The translations under genes were made by a program, and so were the position numbers. The notes under the pieces are model-generated. The model worked only from the letters and a program-made list of their open reading frames with translations, made no database searches and was not told the origin of the DNA. From NCBI GenBank assembly GCA_000004985.1, contig GG738849.1: DNA of 64,000 nt; one strand, written 5' to 3'. Shown in pieces: positions 30,301-42,300 of the stretch (positions are counted from its first letter, which is position 1; every line of letters begins with the position of its first letter). This DNA is from Naegleria gruberi (taxonomy: Eukaryota).

Positions 30301-33300
30301 NNNNNNNNNNNNNNNNNNNNNNNNNNNNNNNNNNNNNNNNNNNNNNNNNNNNNNNNNNNNNNNNNNNNNNNNNNNNNNNNNNNNNNNNNNNNNNNNNNNN
30401 NNNNNNNNNNNNNNNNNNNNNNNNNNNNNNNNNNNNNNNNNNNNNNNNNNNNNNNNNNNNNNNNNNNNNNNNNNNNNNNNNNNNNNNNNNNNNNNNNNNN
30501 NNNNNNNNNNNNNNNNNNNNNNNNNNNNNNNNNNNNNNNNNNNNNNNNNNNNNNNNNNNNNNNNNNNNNNNNNNNNNNNNNNNNNNNNNNNNNNNNNNNN
30601 NNNNNNNNNNNNNNNNNNNNNNNNNNNNNNNNNNNNNNNNNNNNNNNNNNNNNNNNNNNNNNNNNNNNNNNNNNNNNNNNNNNNNNNNNNNNNNNNNNNN
30701 NNNNNNNNNNNNNNNNNNNNNNNNNNNNNNNNNNNNNNNNNNNNNNNNNNNNNNNNNNNNNNNNNNNNNNNNNNNNNNNNNNNNNNNNNNNNNNNNNNNN
30801 NNNNNNNNNNNNNNNNNNNNNNNNNNNNNNNNNNNNNNNNNNNNNNNNNNNNNNNNNNNNNNNNNNNNNNNNNNNNNNNNNNNNNNNNNNNNNNNNNNNN
30901 NNNNNNNNNNNNNNNNNNNNNNNNNNNNNNNNNNNNNNNNNNNNNNNNNNNNNNNNNNNNNNNNNNNNNNNNNNNNNNNNNNNNNNNNNNNNNNNNNNNN
31001 NNNNNNNNNNNNNNNNNNNNNNNNNNNNNNNNNNNNNNNNNNNNNNNNNNNNNNNNNNNNNNNNNNNNNNNNNNNNNNNNNNNNNNNNNNNNNNNNNNNN
31101 NNNNNNNNNNNNNNNNNNNNNNNNNNNNNNNNNNNNNNNNNNNNNNNNNNNNNNNNNNNNNNNNNNNNNNNNNNNNNNNNNNNNNNNNNNNNNNNNNNNN
31201 NNNNNNNNNNNNNNNNNNNNNNNNNNNNNNNNNNNNNNNNNNNNNNNNNNNNNNNNNNNNNNNNNNNNNNNNNNNNNNNNNNNNNNNNNNNNNNNNNNNN
31301 NNNNNNNNNNNNNNNNNNNNNNNNNNNNNNNNNNNNNNNNNNNNNNNNNNNNNNNNNNNNNNNNNNNNNNNNNNNNNNNNNNNNNNNNNNNNNNNNNNNN
31401 NNNNNNNNNNNNNNNNNNNNNNNNNNNNNNNNNNNNNNNNNNNNNNNNNNNNNNNNNNNNNNNNNNNNNNNNNNNNNNNNNNNNNNNNNNNNNNNNNNNN
31501 NNNNNNNNNNNNNNNNNNNNNNNNNNNNNNNNNNNNNNNNNNNNNNNNNNNNNNNNNNNNNNNNNNNNNNNNNNNNNNNNNNNNNNNNNNNNNNNNNNNN
31601 NNNNNNNNNNNNNNNNNNNNNNNNNNNNNNNNNNNNNNNNNNNNNNNNNNNNNNNNNNNNNNNNNNNNNNNNNNNNNNNNNNNNNNNNNNNNNNNNNNNN
31701 NNNNNNNNNNNNNNNNNNNNNNNNNNNNNNNNNNNNNNNNNNNNNNNNNNNNNNNNNNNNNNNNNNNNNNNNNNNNNNNNNNNNNNNNNNNNNNNNNNNN
31801 NNNNNNNNNNNNNNNNNNNNNNNNNNNNNNNNNNNNNNNNNNNNNNNNNNNNNNNNNNNNNNNNNNNNNNNNNNNNNNNNNNNNNNNNNNNNNNNNNNNN
31901 NNNNNNNNNNNNNNNNNNNNNNNNNNNNNNNNNNNNNNNNNNNNNNNNNNNNNNNNNNNNNNNNNNNNNNNNNNNNNNNNNNNNNNNNNNNNNNNNNNNN
32001 NNNNNNNNNNNNNNNNNNNNNNNNNNNNNNNNNNNNNNNNNNNNNNNNNNNNNNNNNNNNNNNNNNNNNNNNNNNNNNNNNNNNNNNNNNNNNNNNNNNN
32101 NNNNNNNNNNNNNNNNNNNNNNNNNNNNNNNNNNNNNNNNNNNNNNNNNNNNNNNNNNNNNNNNNNNNNNNNNNNNNNNNNNNNNNNNNNNNNNNNNNNN
32201 NNNNNNNNNNNNNNNNNNNNNNNNNNNNNNNNNNNNNNNNNNNNNNNNNNNNNNNNNNNNNNNNNNNNNNNNNNNNNNNNNNNNNNNNNNNNNNNNNNNN
32301 NNNNNNNNNNNNNNNNNNNNNNNNNNNNNNNNNNNNNNNNNNNNNNNNNNNNNNNNNNNNNNNNNNNNNNNNNNNNNNNNNNNNNNNNNNNNNNNNNNNN
32401 NNNNNNNNNNNNNNNNNNNNNNNNNNNNNNNNNNNNNNNNNNNNNNNNNNNNNNNNNNNNNNNNNNNNNNNNNNNNNNNNNNNNNNNNNNNNNNNNNNNN
32501 NNNNNNNNNNNNNNNNNNNNNNNNNNNNNNNNNNNNNNNNNNNNNNNNNNNNNNNNNNNNNNNNNNNNNNNNNNNNNNNNNNNNNNNNNNNNNNNNNNNN
32601 NNNNNNNNNNNNNNNNNNNNNNNNNNNNNNNNNNNNNNNNNNNNNNNNNNNNNNNNNNNNNNNNNNNNNNNNNNNNNNNNNNNNNNNNNNNNNNNNNNNN
32701 NNNNNNNNNNNNNNNNNNNNNNNNNNNNNNNNNNNNNNNNNNNNNNNNNNNNNNNNNNNNNNNNNNNNNNNNNNNNNNNNNNNNNNNNNNNNNNNNNNNN
32801 NNNNNNNNNNNNNNNNNNNNNNNNNNNNNNNNNNNNNNNNNNNNNNNNNNNNNNNNNNNNNNNNNNNNNNNNNNNNNNNNNNNNNNNNNNNNNNNNNNNN
32901 NNNNNNNNNNNNNNNNNNNNNNNNNNNNNNNNNNNNNNNNNNNNNNNNNNNNNNNNNNNNNNNNNNNNNNNNNNNNNNNNNNNNNNNNNNNNNNNNNNNN
33001 NNNNNNNNNNNNNNNNNNNNNNNNNNNNNNNNNNNNNNNNNNNNNNNNNNNNNNNNNNNNNNNNNNNNNNNNNNNNNNNNNNNNNNNNNNNNNNNNNNNN
33101 NNNNNNNNNNNNNNNNNNNNNNNNNNNNNNNNNNNNNNNNNNNNNNNNNNNNNNNNNNNNNNNNNNNNNNNNNNNNNNNNNNNNNNNNNNNNNNNNNNNN
33201 NNNNNNNNNNNNNNNNNNNNNNNNNNNNNNNNNNNNNNNNNNNNNNNNNNNNNNNNNNNNNNNNNNNNNNNNNNNNNNNNNNNNNNNNNNNNNNNNNNNN

Positions 33301-36300
33301 NNNNNNNNNNNNNNNNNNNNNNNNNNNNNNNNNNNNNNNNNNNNNNNNNNNNNNNNNNNNNNNNNNNNNNNNNNNNNNNNNNNNNNNNNNNNNNNNNNNN
33401 NNNNNNNNNNNNNNNNNNNNNNNNNNNNNNNNNNNNNNNNNNNNNNNNNNNNNNNNNNNNNNNNNNNNNNNNNNNNNNNNNNNNNNNNNNNNNNNNNNNN
33501 NNNNNNNNNNNNNNNNNNNNNNNNNNNNNNNNNNNNNNNNNNNNNNNNNNNNNNNNNNNNNNNNNNNNNNNNNNNNNNNNNNNNNNNNNNNNNNNNNNNN
33601 NNNNNNNNNNNNNNNNNNNNNNNNNNNNNNNNNNNNNNNNNNNNNNNNNNNNNNNNNNNNNNNNNNNNNNNNNNNNNNNNNNNNNNNNNNNNNNNNNNNN
33701 NNNNNNNNNNNNNNNNNNNNNNNNNNNNNNNNNNNNNNNNNNNNNNNNNNNNNNNNNNNNNNNNNNNNNNNNNNNNNNNNNNNNNNNNNNNNNNNNNNNN
33801 NNNNNNNNNNNNNNNNNNNNNNNNNNNNNNNNNNNNNNNNNNNNNNNNNNNNNNNNNNNNNNNNNNNNNNNNNNNNNNNNNNNNNNNNNNNNNNNNNNNN
33901 NNNNNNNNNNNNNNNNNNNNNNNNNNNNNNNNNNNNNNNNNNNNNNNNNNNNNNNNNNNNNNNNNNNNNNNNNNNNNNNNNNNNNNNNNNNNNNNNNNNN
34001 NNNNNNNNNNNNNNNNNNNNNNNNNNNNNNNNNNNNNNNNNNNNNNNNNNNNNNNNNNNNNNNNNNNNNNNNNNNNNNNNNNNNNNNNNNNNNNNNNNNN
34101 NNNNNNNNNNNNNNNNNNNNNNNNNNNNNNNNNNNNNNNNNNNNNNNNNNNNNNNNNNNNNNNNNNNNNNNNNNNNNNNNNNNNNNNNNNNNNNNNNNNN
34201 NNNNNNNNNNNNNNNNNNNNNNNNNNNNNNNNNNNNNNNNNNNNNNNNNNNNNNNNNNNNNNNNNNNNNNNNNNNNNNNNNNNNNNNNNNNNNNNNNNNN
34301 NNNNNNNNNNNNNNNNNNNNNNNNNNNNNNNNNNNNNNNNNNNNNNNNNNNNNNNNNNNNNNNNNNNNNNNNNNNNNNNNNNNNNNNNNNNNNNNNNNNN
34401 NNNNNNNNNNNNNNNNNNNNNNNNNNNNNNNNNNNNNNNNNNNNNNNNNNNNNNNNNNNNNNNNNNNNNNNNNNNNNNNNNNNNNNNNNNNNNNNNNNNN
34501 NNNNNNNNNNNNNNNNNNNNNNNNNNNNNNNNNNNNNNNNNNNNNNNNNNNNNNNNNNNNNNNNNNNNNNNNNNNNNNNNNNNNNNNNNNNNNNNNNNNN
34601 NNNNNNNNNNNNNNNNNNNNNNNNNNNNNNNNNNNNNNNNNNNNNNNNNNNNNNNNNNNNNNNNNNNNNNNNNNNNNNNNNNNNNNNNNNNNNNNNNNNN
34701 NNNNNNNNNNNNNNNNNNNNNNNNNNNNNNNNNNNNNNNNNNNNNNNNNNNNNNNNNNNNNNNNNNNNNNNNNNNNNNNNNNNNNNNNNNNNNNNNNNNN
34801 NNNNNNNNNNNNNNNNNNNNNNNNNNNNNNNNNNNNNNNNNNNNNNNNNNNNNNNNNNNNNNNNNNNNNNNNNNNNNNNNNNNNNNNNNNNNNNNNNNNN
34901 NNNNNNNNNNNNNNNNNNNNNNNNNNNNNNNNNNNNNNNNNNNNNNNNNNNNNNNNNNNNNNNNNNNNNNNNNNNNNNNNNNNNNNNNNNNNNNNNNNNN
35001 NNNNNNNNNNNNNNNNNNNNNNNNNNNNNNNNNNNNNNNNNNNNNNNNNNNNNNNNNNNNNNNNNNNNNNNNNNNNNNNNNNNNNNNNNNNNNNNNNNNN
35101 NNNNNNNNNNNNNNNNNNNNNNNNNNNNNNNNNNNNNNNNNNNNNNNNNNNNNNNNNNNNNNNNNNNNNNNNNNNNNNNNNNNNNNNNNNNNNNNNNNNN
35201 NNNNNNNNNNNNNNNNNNNNNNNNNNNNNNNNNNNNNNNNNNNNNNNNNNNNNNNNNNNNNNNNNNNNNNNNNNNNNNNNNNNNNNNNNNNNNNNNNNNN
35301 NNNNNNNNNNNNNNNNNNNNNNNNNNNNNNNNNNNNNNNNNNNNNNNNNNNNNNNNNNNNNNNNNNNNNNNNNNNNNNNNNNNNNNNNNNNNNNNNNNNN
35401 NNNNNNNNNNNNNNNNNNNNNNNNNNNNNNNNNNNNNNNNNNNNNNNNNNNNNNNNNNNNNNNNNNNNNNNNNNNNNNNNNNNNNNNNNNNNNNNNNNNN
35501 NNNNNNNNNNNNNNNNNNNNNNNNNNNNNNNNNNNNNNNNNNNNNNNNNNNNNNNNNNNNNNNNNNNNNNNNNNNNNNNNNNNNNNNNNNNNNNNNNNNN
35601 NNNNNNNNNNNNNNNNNNNNNNNNNNNNNNNNNNNNNNNNNNNNNNNNNNNNNNNNNNNNNNNNNNNNNNNNNNNNNNNNNNNNNNNNNNNNNNNNNNNN
35701 NNNNNNNNNNNNNNNNNNNNNNNNNNNNNNNNNNNNNNNNNNNNNNNNNNNNNNNNNNNNNNNNNNNNNNNNNNNNNNNNNNNNNNNNNNNNNNNNNNNN
35801 NNNNNNNNNNNNNNNNNNNNNNNNNNNNNNNNNNNNNNNNNNNNNNNNNNNNNNNNNNNNNNNNNNNNNNNNNNNNNNNNNNNNNNNNNNNNNNNNNNNN
35901 NNNNNNNNNNNNNNNNNNNNNNNNNNNNNNNNNNNNNNNNNNNNNNNNNNNNNNNNNNNNNNNNNNNNNNNNNNNNNNNNNNNNNNNNNNNNNNNNNNNN
36001 NNNNNNNNNNNNNNNNNNNNNNNNNNNNNNNNNNNNNNNNNNNNNNNNNNNNNNNNNNNNNNNNNNNNNNNNNNNNNNNNNNNNNNNNNNNNNNNNNNNN
36101 NNNNNNNNNNNNNNNNNNNNNNNNNNNNNNNNNNNNNNNNNNNNNNNNNNNNNNNNNNNNNNNNNNNNNNNNNNNNNNNNNNNNNNNNNNNNNNNNNNNN
36201 NNNNNNNNNNNNNNNNNNNNNNNNNNNNNNNNNNNNNNNNNNNNNNNNNNNNNNNNNNNNNNNNNNNNNNNNNNNNNNNNNNNNNNNNNNNNNNNNNNNN

Positions 36301-39300
36301 NNNNNNNNNNNNNNNNNNNNNNNNNNNNNNNNNNNNNNNNNNNNNNNNNNNNNNNNNNNNNNNNNNNNNNNNNNNNNNNNNNNNNNNNNNNNNNNNNNNN
36401 NNNNNNNNNNNNNNNNNNNNNNNNNNNNNNNNNNNNNNNNNNNNNNNNNNNNNNNNNNNNNNNNNNNNNNNNNNNNNNNNNNNNNNNNNNNNNNNNNNNN
36501 NNNNNNNNNNNNNNNNNNNNNNNNNNNNNNNNNNNNNNNNNNNNNNNNNNNNNNNNNNNNNNNNNNNNNNNNNNNNNNNNNNNNNNNNNNNNNNNNNNNN
36601 NNNNNNNNNNNNNNNNNNNNNNNNNNNNNNNNNNNNNNNNNNNNNNNNNNNNNNNNNNNNNNNNNNNNNNNNNNNNNNNNNNNNNNNNNNNNNNNNNNNN
36701 NNNNNNNNNNNNNNNNNNNNNNNNNNNNNNNNNNNNNNNNNNNNNNNNNNNNNNNNNNNNNNNNNNNNNNNNNNNNNNNNNNNNNNNNNNNNNNNNNNNN
36801 NNNNNNNNNNNNNNNNNNNNNNNNNNNNNNNNNNNNNNNNNNNNNNNNNNNNNNNNNNNNNNNNNNNNNNNNNNNNNNNNNNNNNNNNNNNNNNNNNNNN
36901 NNNNNNNNNNNNNNNNNNNNNNNNNNNNNNNNNNNNNNNNNNNNNNNNNNNNNNNNNNNNNNNNNNNNNNNNNNNNNNNNNNNNNNNNNNNNNNNNNNNN
37001 NNNNNNNNNNNNNNNNNNNNNNNNNNNNNNNNNNNNNNNNNNNNNNNNNNNNNNNNNNNNNNNNNNNNNNNNNNNNNNNNNNNNNNNNNNNNNNNNNNNN
37101 NNNNNNNNNNNNNNNNNNNNNNNNNNNNNNNNNNNNNNNNNNNNNNNNNNNNNNNNNNNNNNNNNNNNNNNNNNNNNNNNNNNNNNNNNNNNNNNNNNNN
37201 NNNNNNNNNNNNNNNNNNNNNNNNNNNNNNNNNNNNNNNNNNNNNNNNNNNNNNNNNNNNNNNNNNNNNNNNNNNNNNNNNNNNNNNNNNNNNNNNNNNN
37301 NNNNNNNNNNNNNNNNNNNNNNNNNNNNNNNNNNNNNNNNNNNNNNNNNNNNNNNNNNNNNNNNNNNNNNNNNNNNNNNNNNNNNNNNNNNNNNNNNNNN
37401 NNNNNNNNNNNNNNNNNNNNNNNNNNNNNNNNNNNNNNNNNNNNNNNNNNNNNNNNNNNNNNNNNNNNNNNNNNNNNNNNNNNNNNNNNNNNNNNNNNNN
37501 NNNNNNNNNNNNNNNNNNNNNNNNNNNNNNNNNNNNNNNNNNNNNNNNNNNNNNNNNNNNNNNNNNNNNNNNNNNNNNNNNNNNNNNNNNNNNNNNNNNN
37601 NNNNNNNNNNNNNNNNNNNNNNNNNNNNNNNNNNNNNNNNNNNNNNNNNNNNNNNNNNNNNNNNNNNNNNNNNNNNNNNNNNNNNNNNNNNNNNNNNNNN
37701 NNNNNNNNNNNNNNNNNNNNNNNNNNNNNNNNNNNNNNNNNNNNNNNNNNNNNNNNNNNNNNNNNNNNNNNNNNNNNNNNNNNNNNNNNNNNNNNNNNNN
37801 NNNNNNNNNNNNNNNNNNNNNNNNNNNNNNNNNNNNNNNNNNNNNNNNNNNNNNNNNNNNNNNNNNNNNNNNNNNNNNNNNNNNNNNNNNNNNNNNNNNN
37901 NNNNNNNNNNNNNNNNNNNNNNNNNNNNNNNNNNNNNNNNNNNNNNNNNNNNNNNNNNNNNNNNNNNNNNNNNNNNNNNNNNNNNNNNNNNNNNNNNNNN
38001 NNNNNNNNNNNNNNNNNNNNNNNNNNNNNNNNNNNNNNNNNNNNNNNNNNNNNNNNNNNNNNNNNNNNNNNNNNNNNNNNNNNNNNNNNNNNNNNNNNNN
38101 NNNNNNNNNNNNNNNNNNNNNNNNNNNNNNNNNNNNNNNNNNNNNNNNNNNNNNNNNNNNNNNNNNNNNNNNNNNNNNNNNNNNNNNNNNNNNNNNNNNN
38201 NNNNNNNNNNNNNNNNNNNNNNNNNNNNNNNNNNNNNNNNNNNNNNNNNNNNNNNNNNNNNNNNNNNNNNNNNNNNNNNNNNNNNNNNNNNNNNNNNNNN
38301 NNNNNNNNNNNNNNNNNNNNNNNNNNNNNNNNNNNNNNNNNNNNNNNNNNNNNNNNNNNNNNNNNNNNNNNNNNNNNNNNNNNNNNNNNNNNNNNNNNNN
38401 NNNNNNNNNNNNNNNNNNNNNNNNNNNNNNNNNNNNNNNNNNNNNNNNNNNNNNNNNNNNNNNNNNNNNNNNNNNNNNNNNNNNNNNNNNNNNNNNNNNN
38501 NNNNNNNNNNNNNNNNNNNNNNNNNNNNNNNNNNNNNNNNNNNNNNNNNNNNNNNNNNNNNNNNNNNNNNNNNNNNNNNNNNNNNNNNNNNNNNNNNNNN
38601 NNNNNNNNNNNNNNNNNNNNNNNNNNNNNNNNNNNNNNNNNNNNNNNNNNNNNNNNNNNNNNNNNNNNNNNNNNNNNNNNNNNNNNNNNNNNNNNNNNNN
38701 NNNNNNNNNNNNNNNNNNNNNNNNNNNNNNNNNNNNNNNNNNNNNNNNNNNNNNNNNNNNNNNNNNNNNNNNNNNNNNNNNNNNNNNNNNNNNNNNNNNN
38801 NNNNNNNNNNNNNNNNNNNNNNNNNNNNNNNNNNNNNNNNNNNNNNNNNNNNNNNNNNNNNNNNNNNNNNNNNNNNNNNNNNNNNNNNNNNNNNNNNNNN
38901 NNNNNNNNNNNNNNNNNNNNNNNNNNNNNNNNNNNNNNNNNNNNNNNNNNNNNNNNNNNNNNNNNNNNNNNNNNNNNNNNNNNNNNNNNNNNNNNNNNNN
39001 NNNNNNNNNNNNNNNNNNNNNNNNNNNNNNNNNNNNNNNNNNNNNNNNNNNNNNNNNNNNNNNNNNNNNNNNNNNNNNNNNNNNNNNNNNNNNNNNNNNN
39101 NNNNNNNNNNNNNNNNNNNNNNNNNNNNNNNNNNNNNNNNNNNNNNNNNNNNNNNNNNNNNNNNNNNNNNNNNNNNNNNNNNNNNNNNNNNNNNNNNNNN
39201 NNNNNNNNNNNNNNNNNNNNNNNNNNNNNNNNNNNNNNNNNNNNNNNNNNNNNNNNNNNNNNNNNNNNNNNNNNNNNNNNNNNNNNNNNNNNNNNNNNNN

Positions 39301-42300
39301 NNNNNNNNNNNNNNNNNNNNNNNNNNNNNNNNNNNNNNNNNNNNNNNNNNNNNNNNNNNNNNNNNNNNNNNNNNNNNNNNNNNNNNNNNNNNNNNNNNNN
39401 NNNNNNNNNNNNNNNNNNNNNNNNNNNNNNNNNNNNNNNNNNNNNNNNNNNNNNNNNNNNNNNNNNNNNNNNNNNNNNNNNNNNNNNNNNNNNNNNNNNN
39501 NNNNNNNNNNNNNNNNNNNNNNNNNNNNNNNNNNNNNNNNNNNNNNNNNNNNNNNNNNNNNNNNNNNNNNNNNNNNNNNNNNNNNNNNNNNNNNNNNNNN
39601 NNNNNNNNNNNNNNNNNNNNNNNNNNNNNNNNNNNNNNNNNNNNNNNNNNNNNNNNNNNNNNNNNNNNNNNNNNNNNNNNNNNNNNNNNNNNNNNNNNNN
39701 NNNNNNNNNNNNNNNNNNNNNNNNNNNNNNNNNNNNNNNNNNNNNNNNNNNNNNNNNNNNNNNNNNNNNNNNNNNNNNNNNNNNNNNNNNNNNNNNNNNN
39801 NNNNNNNNNNNNNNNNNNNNNNNNNNNNNNNNNNNNNNNNNNNNNNNNNNNNNNNNNNNNNNNNNNNNNNNNNNNNNNNNNNNNNNNNNNNNNNNNNNNN
39901 NNNNNNNNNNNNNNNNNNNNNNNNNNNNNNNNNNNNNNNNNNNNNNNNNNNNNNNNNNNNNNNNNNNNNNNNNNNNNNNNNNNNNNNNNNNNNNNNNNNN
40001 NNNNNNNNNNNNNNNNNNNNNNNNNNNNNNNNNNNNNNNNNNNNNNNNNNNNNNNNNNNNNNNNNNNNNNNNNNNNNNNNNNNNNNNNNNNNNNNNNNNN
40101 NNNNNNNNNNNNNNNNNNNNNNNNNNNNNNNNNNNNNNNNNNNNNNNNNNNNNNNNNNNNNNNNNNNNNNNNNNNNNNNNNNNNNNNNNNNNNNNNNNNN
40201 NNNNNNNNNNNNNNNNNNNNNNNNNNNNNNNNNNNNNNNNNNNNNNNNNNNNNNNNNNNNNNNNNNNNNNNNNNNNNNNNNNNNNNNNNNNNNNNNNNNN
40301 NNNNNNNNNNNNNNNNNNNNNNNNNNNNNNNNNNNNNNNNNNNNNNNNNNNNNNNNNNNNNNNNNNNNNNNNNNNNNNNNNNNNNNNNNNNNNNNNNNNN
40401 NNNNNNNNNNNNNNNNNNNNNNNNNNNNNNNNNNNNNNNNNNNNNNNNNNNNNNNNNNNNNNNNNNNNNNNNNNNNNNNNNNNNNNNNNNNNNNNNNNNN
40501 NNNNNNNNNNNNNNNNNNNNNNNNNNNNNNNNNNNNNNNNNNNNNNNNNNNNNNNNNNNNNNNNNNNNNNNNNNNNNNNNNNNNNNNNNNNNNNNNNNNN
40601 NNNNNNNNNNNNNNNNNNNNNNNNNNNNNNNNNNNNNNNNNNNNNNNNNNNNNNNNNNNNNNNNNNNNNNNNNNNNNNNNNNNNNNNNNNNNNNNNNNNN
40701 NNNNNNNNNNNNNNNNNNNNNNNNNNNNNNNNNNNNNNNNNNNNNNNNNNNNNNNNNNNNNNNNNNNNNNNNNNNNNNNNNNNNNNNNNNNNNNNNNNNN
40801 NNNNNNNNNNNNNNNNNNNNNNNNNNNNNNNNNNNNNNNNNNNNNNNNNNNNNNNNNNNNNNNNNNNNNNNNNNNNNNNNNNNNNNNNNNNNNNNNNNNN
40901 NNNNNNNNNNNNNNNNNNNNNNNNNNNNNNNNNNNNNNNNNNNNNNNNNNNNNNNNNNNNNNNNNNNNNNNNNNNNNNNNNNNNNNNNNNNNNNNNNNNN
41001 NNNNNNNNNNNNNNNNNNNNNNNNNNNNNNNNNNNNNNNNNNNNNNNNNNNNNNNNNNNNNNNNNNNNNNNNNNNNNNNNNNNNNNNNNNNNNNNNNNNN
41101 NNNNNNNNNNNNNNNNNNNNNNNNNNNNNNNNNNNNNNNNNNNNNNNNNNNNNNNNNNNNNNNNNNNNNNNNNNNNNNNNNNNNNNNNNNNNNNNNNNNN
41201 NNNNNNNNNNNNNNNNNNNNNNNNNNNNNNNNNNNNNNNNNNNNNNNNNNNNNNNNNNNNNNNNNNNNNNNNNNNNNNNNNNNNNNNNNNNNNNNNNNNN
41301 NNNNNNNNNNNNNNNNNNNNNNNNNNNNNNNNNNNNNNNNNNNNNNNNNNNNNNNNNNNNNNNNNNNNNNNNNNNNNNNNNNNNNNNNNNNNNNNNNNNN
41401 NNNNNNNNNNNNNNNNNNNNNNNNNNNNNNNNNNNNNNNNNNNNNNNNNNNNNNNNNNNNNNNNNNNNNNNNNNNNNNNNNNNNNNNNNNNNNNNNNNNN
41501 NNNNNNNNNNNNNNNNNNNNNNNNNNNNNNNNNNNNNNNNNNNNNNNNNNNNNNNNNNNNNNNNNNNNNNNNNNNNNNNNNNNNNNNNNNNNNNNNNNNN
41601 NNNNNNNNNNNNNNNNNNNNNNNNNNNNNNNNNNNNNNNNNNNNNNNNNNNNNNNNNNNNNNNNNNNNNNNNNNNNNNNNNNNNNNNNNNNNNNNNNNNN
41701 NNNNNNNNNNNNNNNNNNNNNNNNNNNNNNNNNNNNNNNNNNNNNNNNNNNNNNNNNNNNNNNNNNNNNNNNNNNNNNNNNNNNNNNNNNNNNNNNNNNN
41801 NNNNNNNNNNNNNNNNNNNNNNNNNNNNNNNNNNNNNNNNNNNNNNNNNNNNNNNNNNNNNNNNNNNNNNNNNNNNNNNNNNNNNNNNNNNNNNNNNNNN
41901 NNNNNNNNNNNNNNNNNNNNNNNNNNNNNNNNNNNNNNNNNNNNNNNNNNNNNNNNNNNNNNNNNNNNNNNNNNNNNNNNNNNNNNNNNNNNNNNNNNNN
42001 NNNNNNNNNNNNNNNNNNNNNNNNNNNNNNNNNNNNNNNNNNNNNNNNNNNNNNNNNNNNNNNNNNNNNNNNNNNNNNNNNNNNNNNNNNNNNNNNNNNN
42101 NNNNNNNNNNNNNNNNNNNNNNNNNNNNNNNNNNNNNNNNNNNNNNNNNNNNNNNNNNNNNNNNNNNNNNNNNNNNNNNNNNNNNNNNNNNNNNNNNNNN
42201 NNNNNNNNNNNNNNNNNNNNNNNNNNNNNNNNNNNNNNNNNNNNNNNNNNNNNNNNNNNNNNNNNNNNNNNNNNNNNNNNNNNNNNNNNNNNNNNNNNNN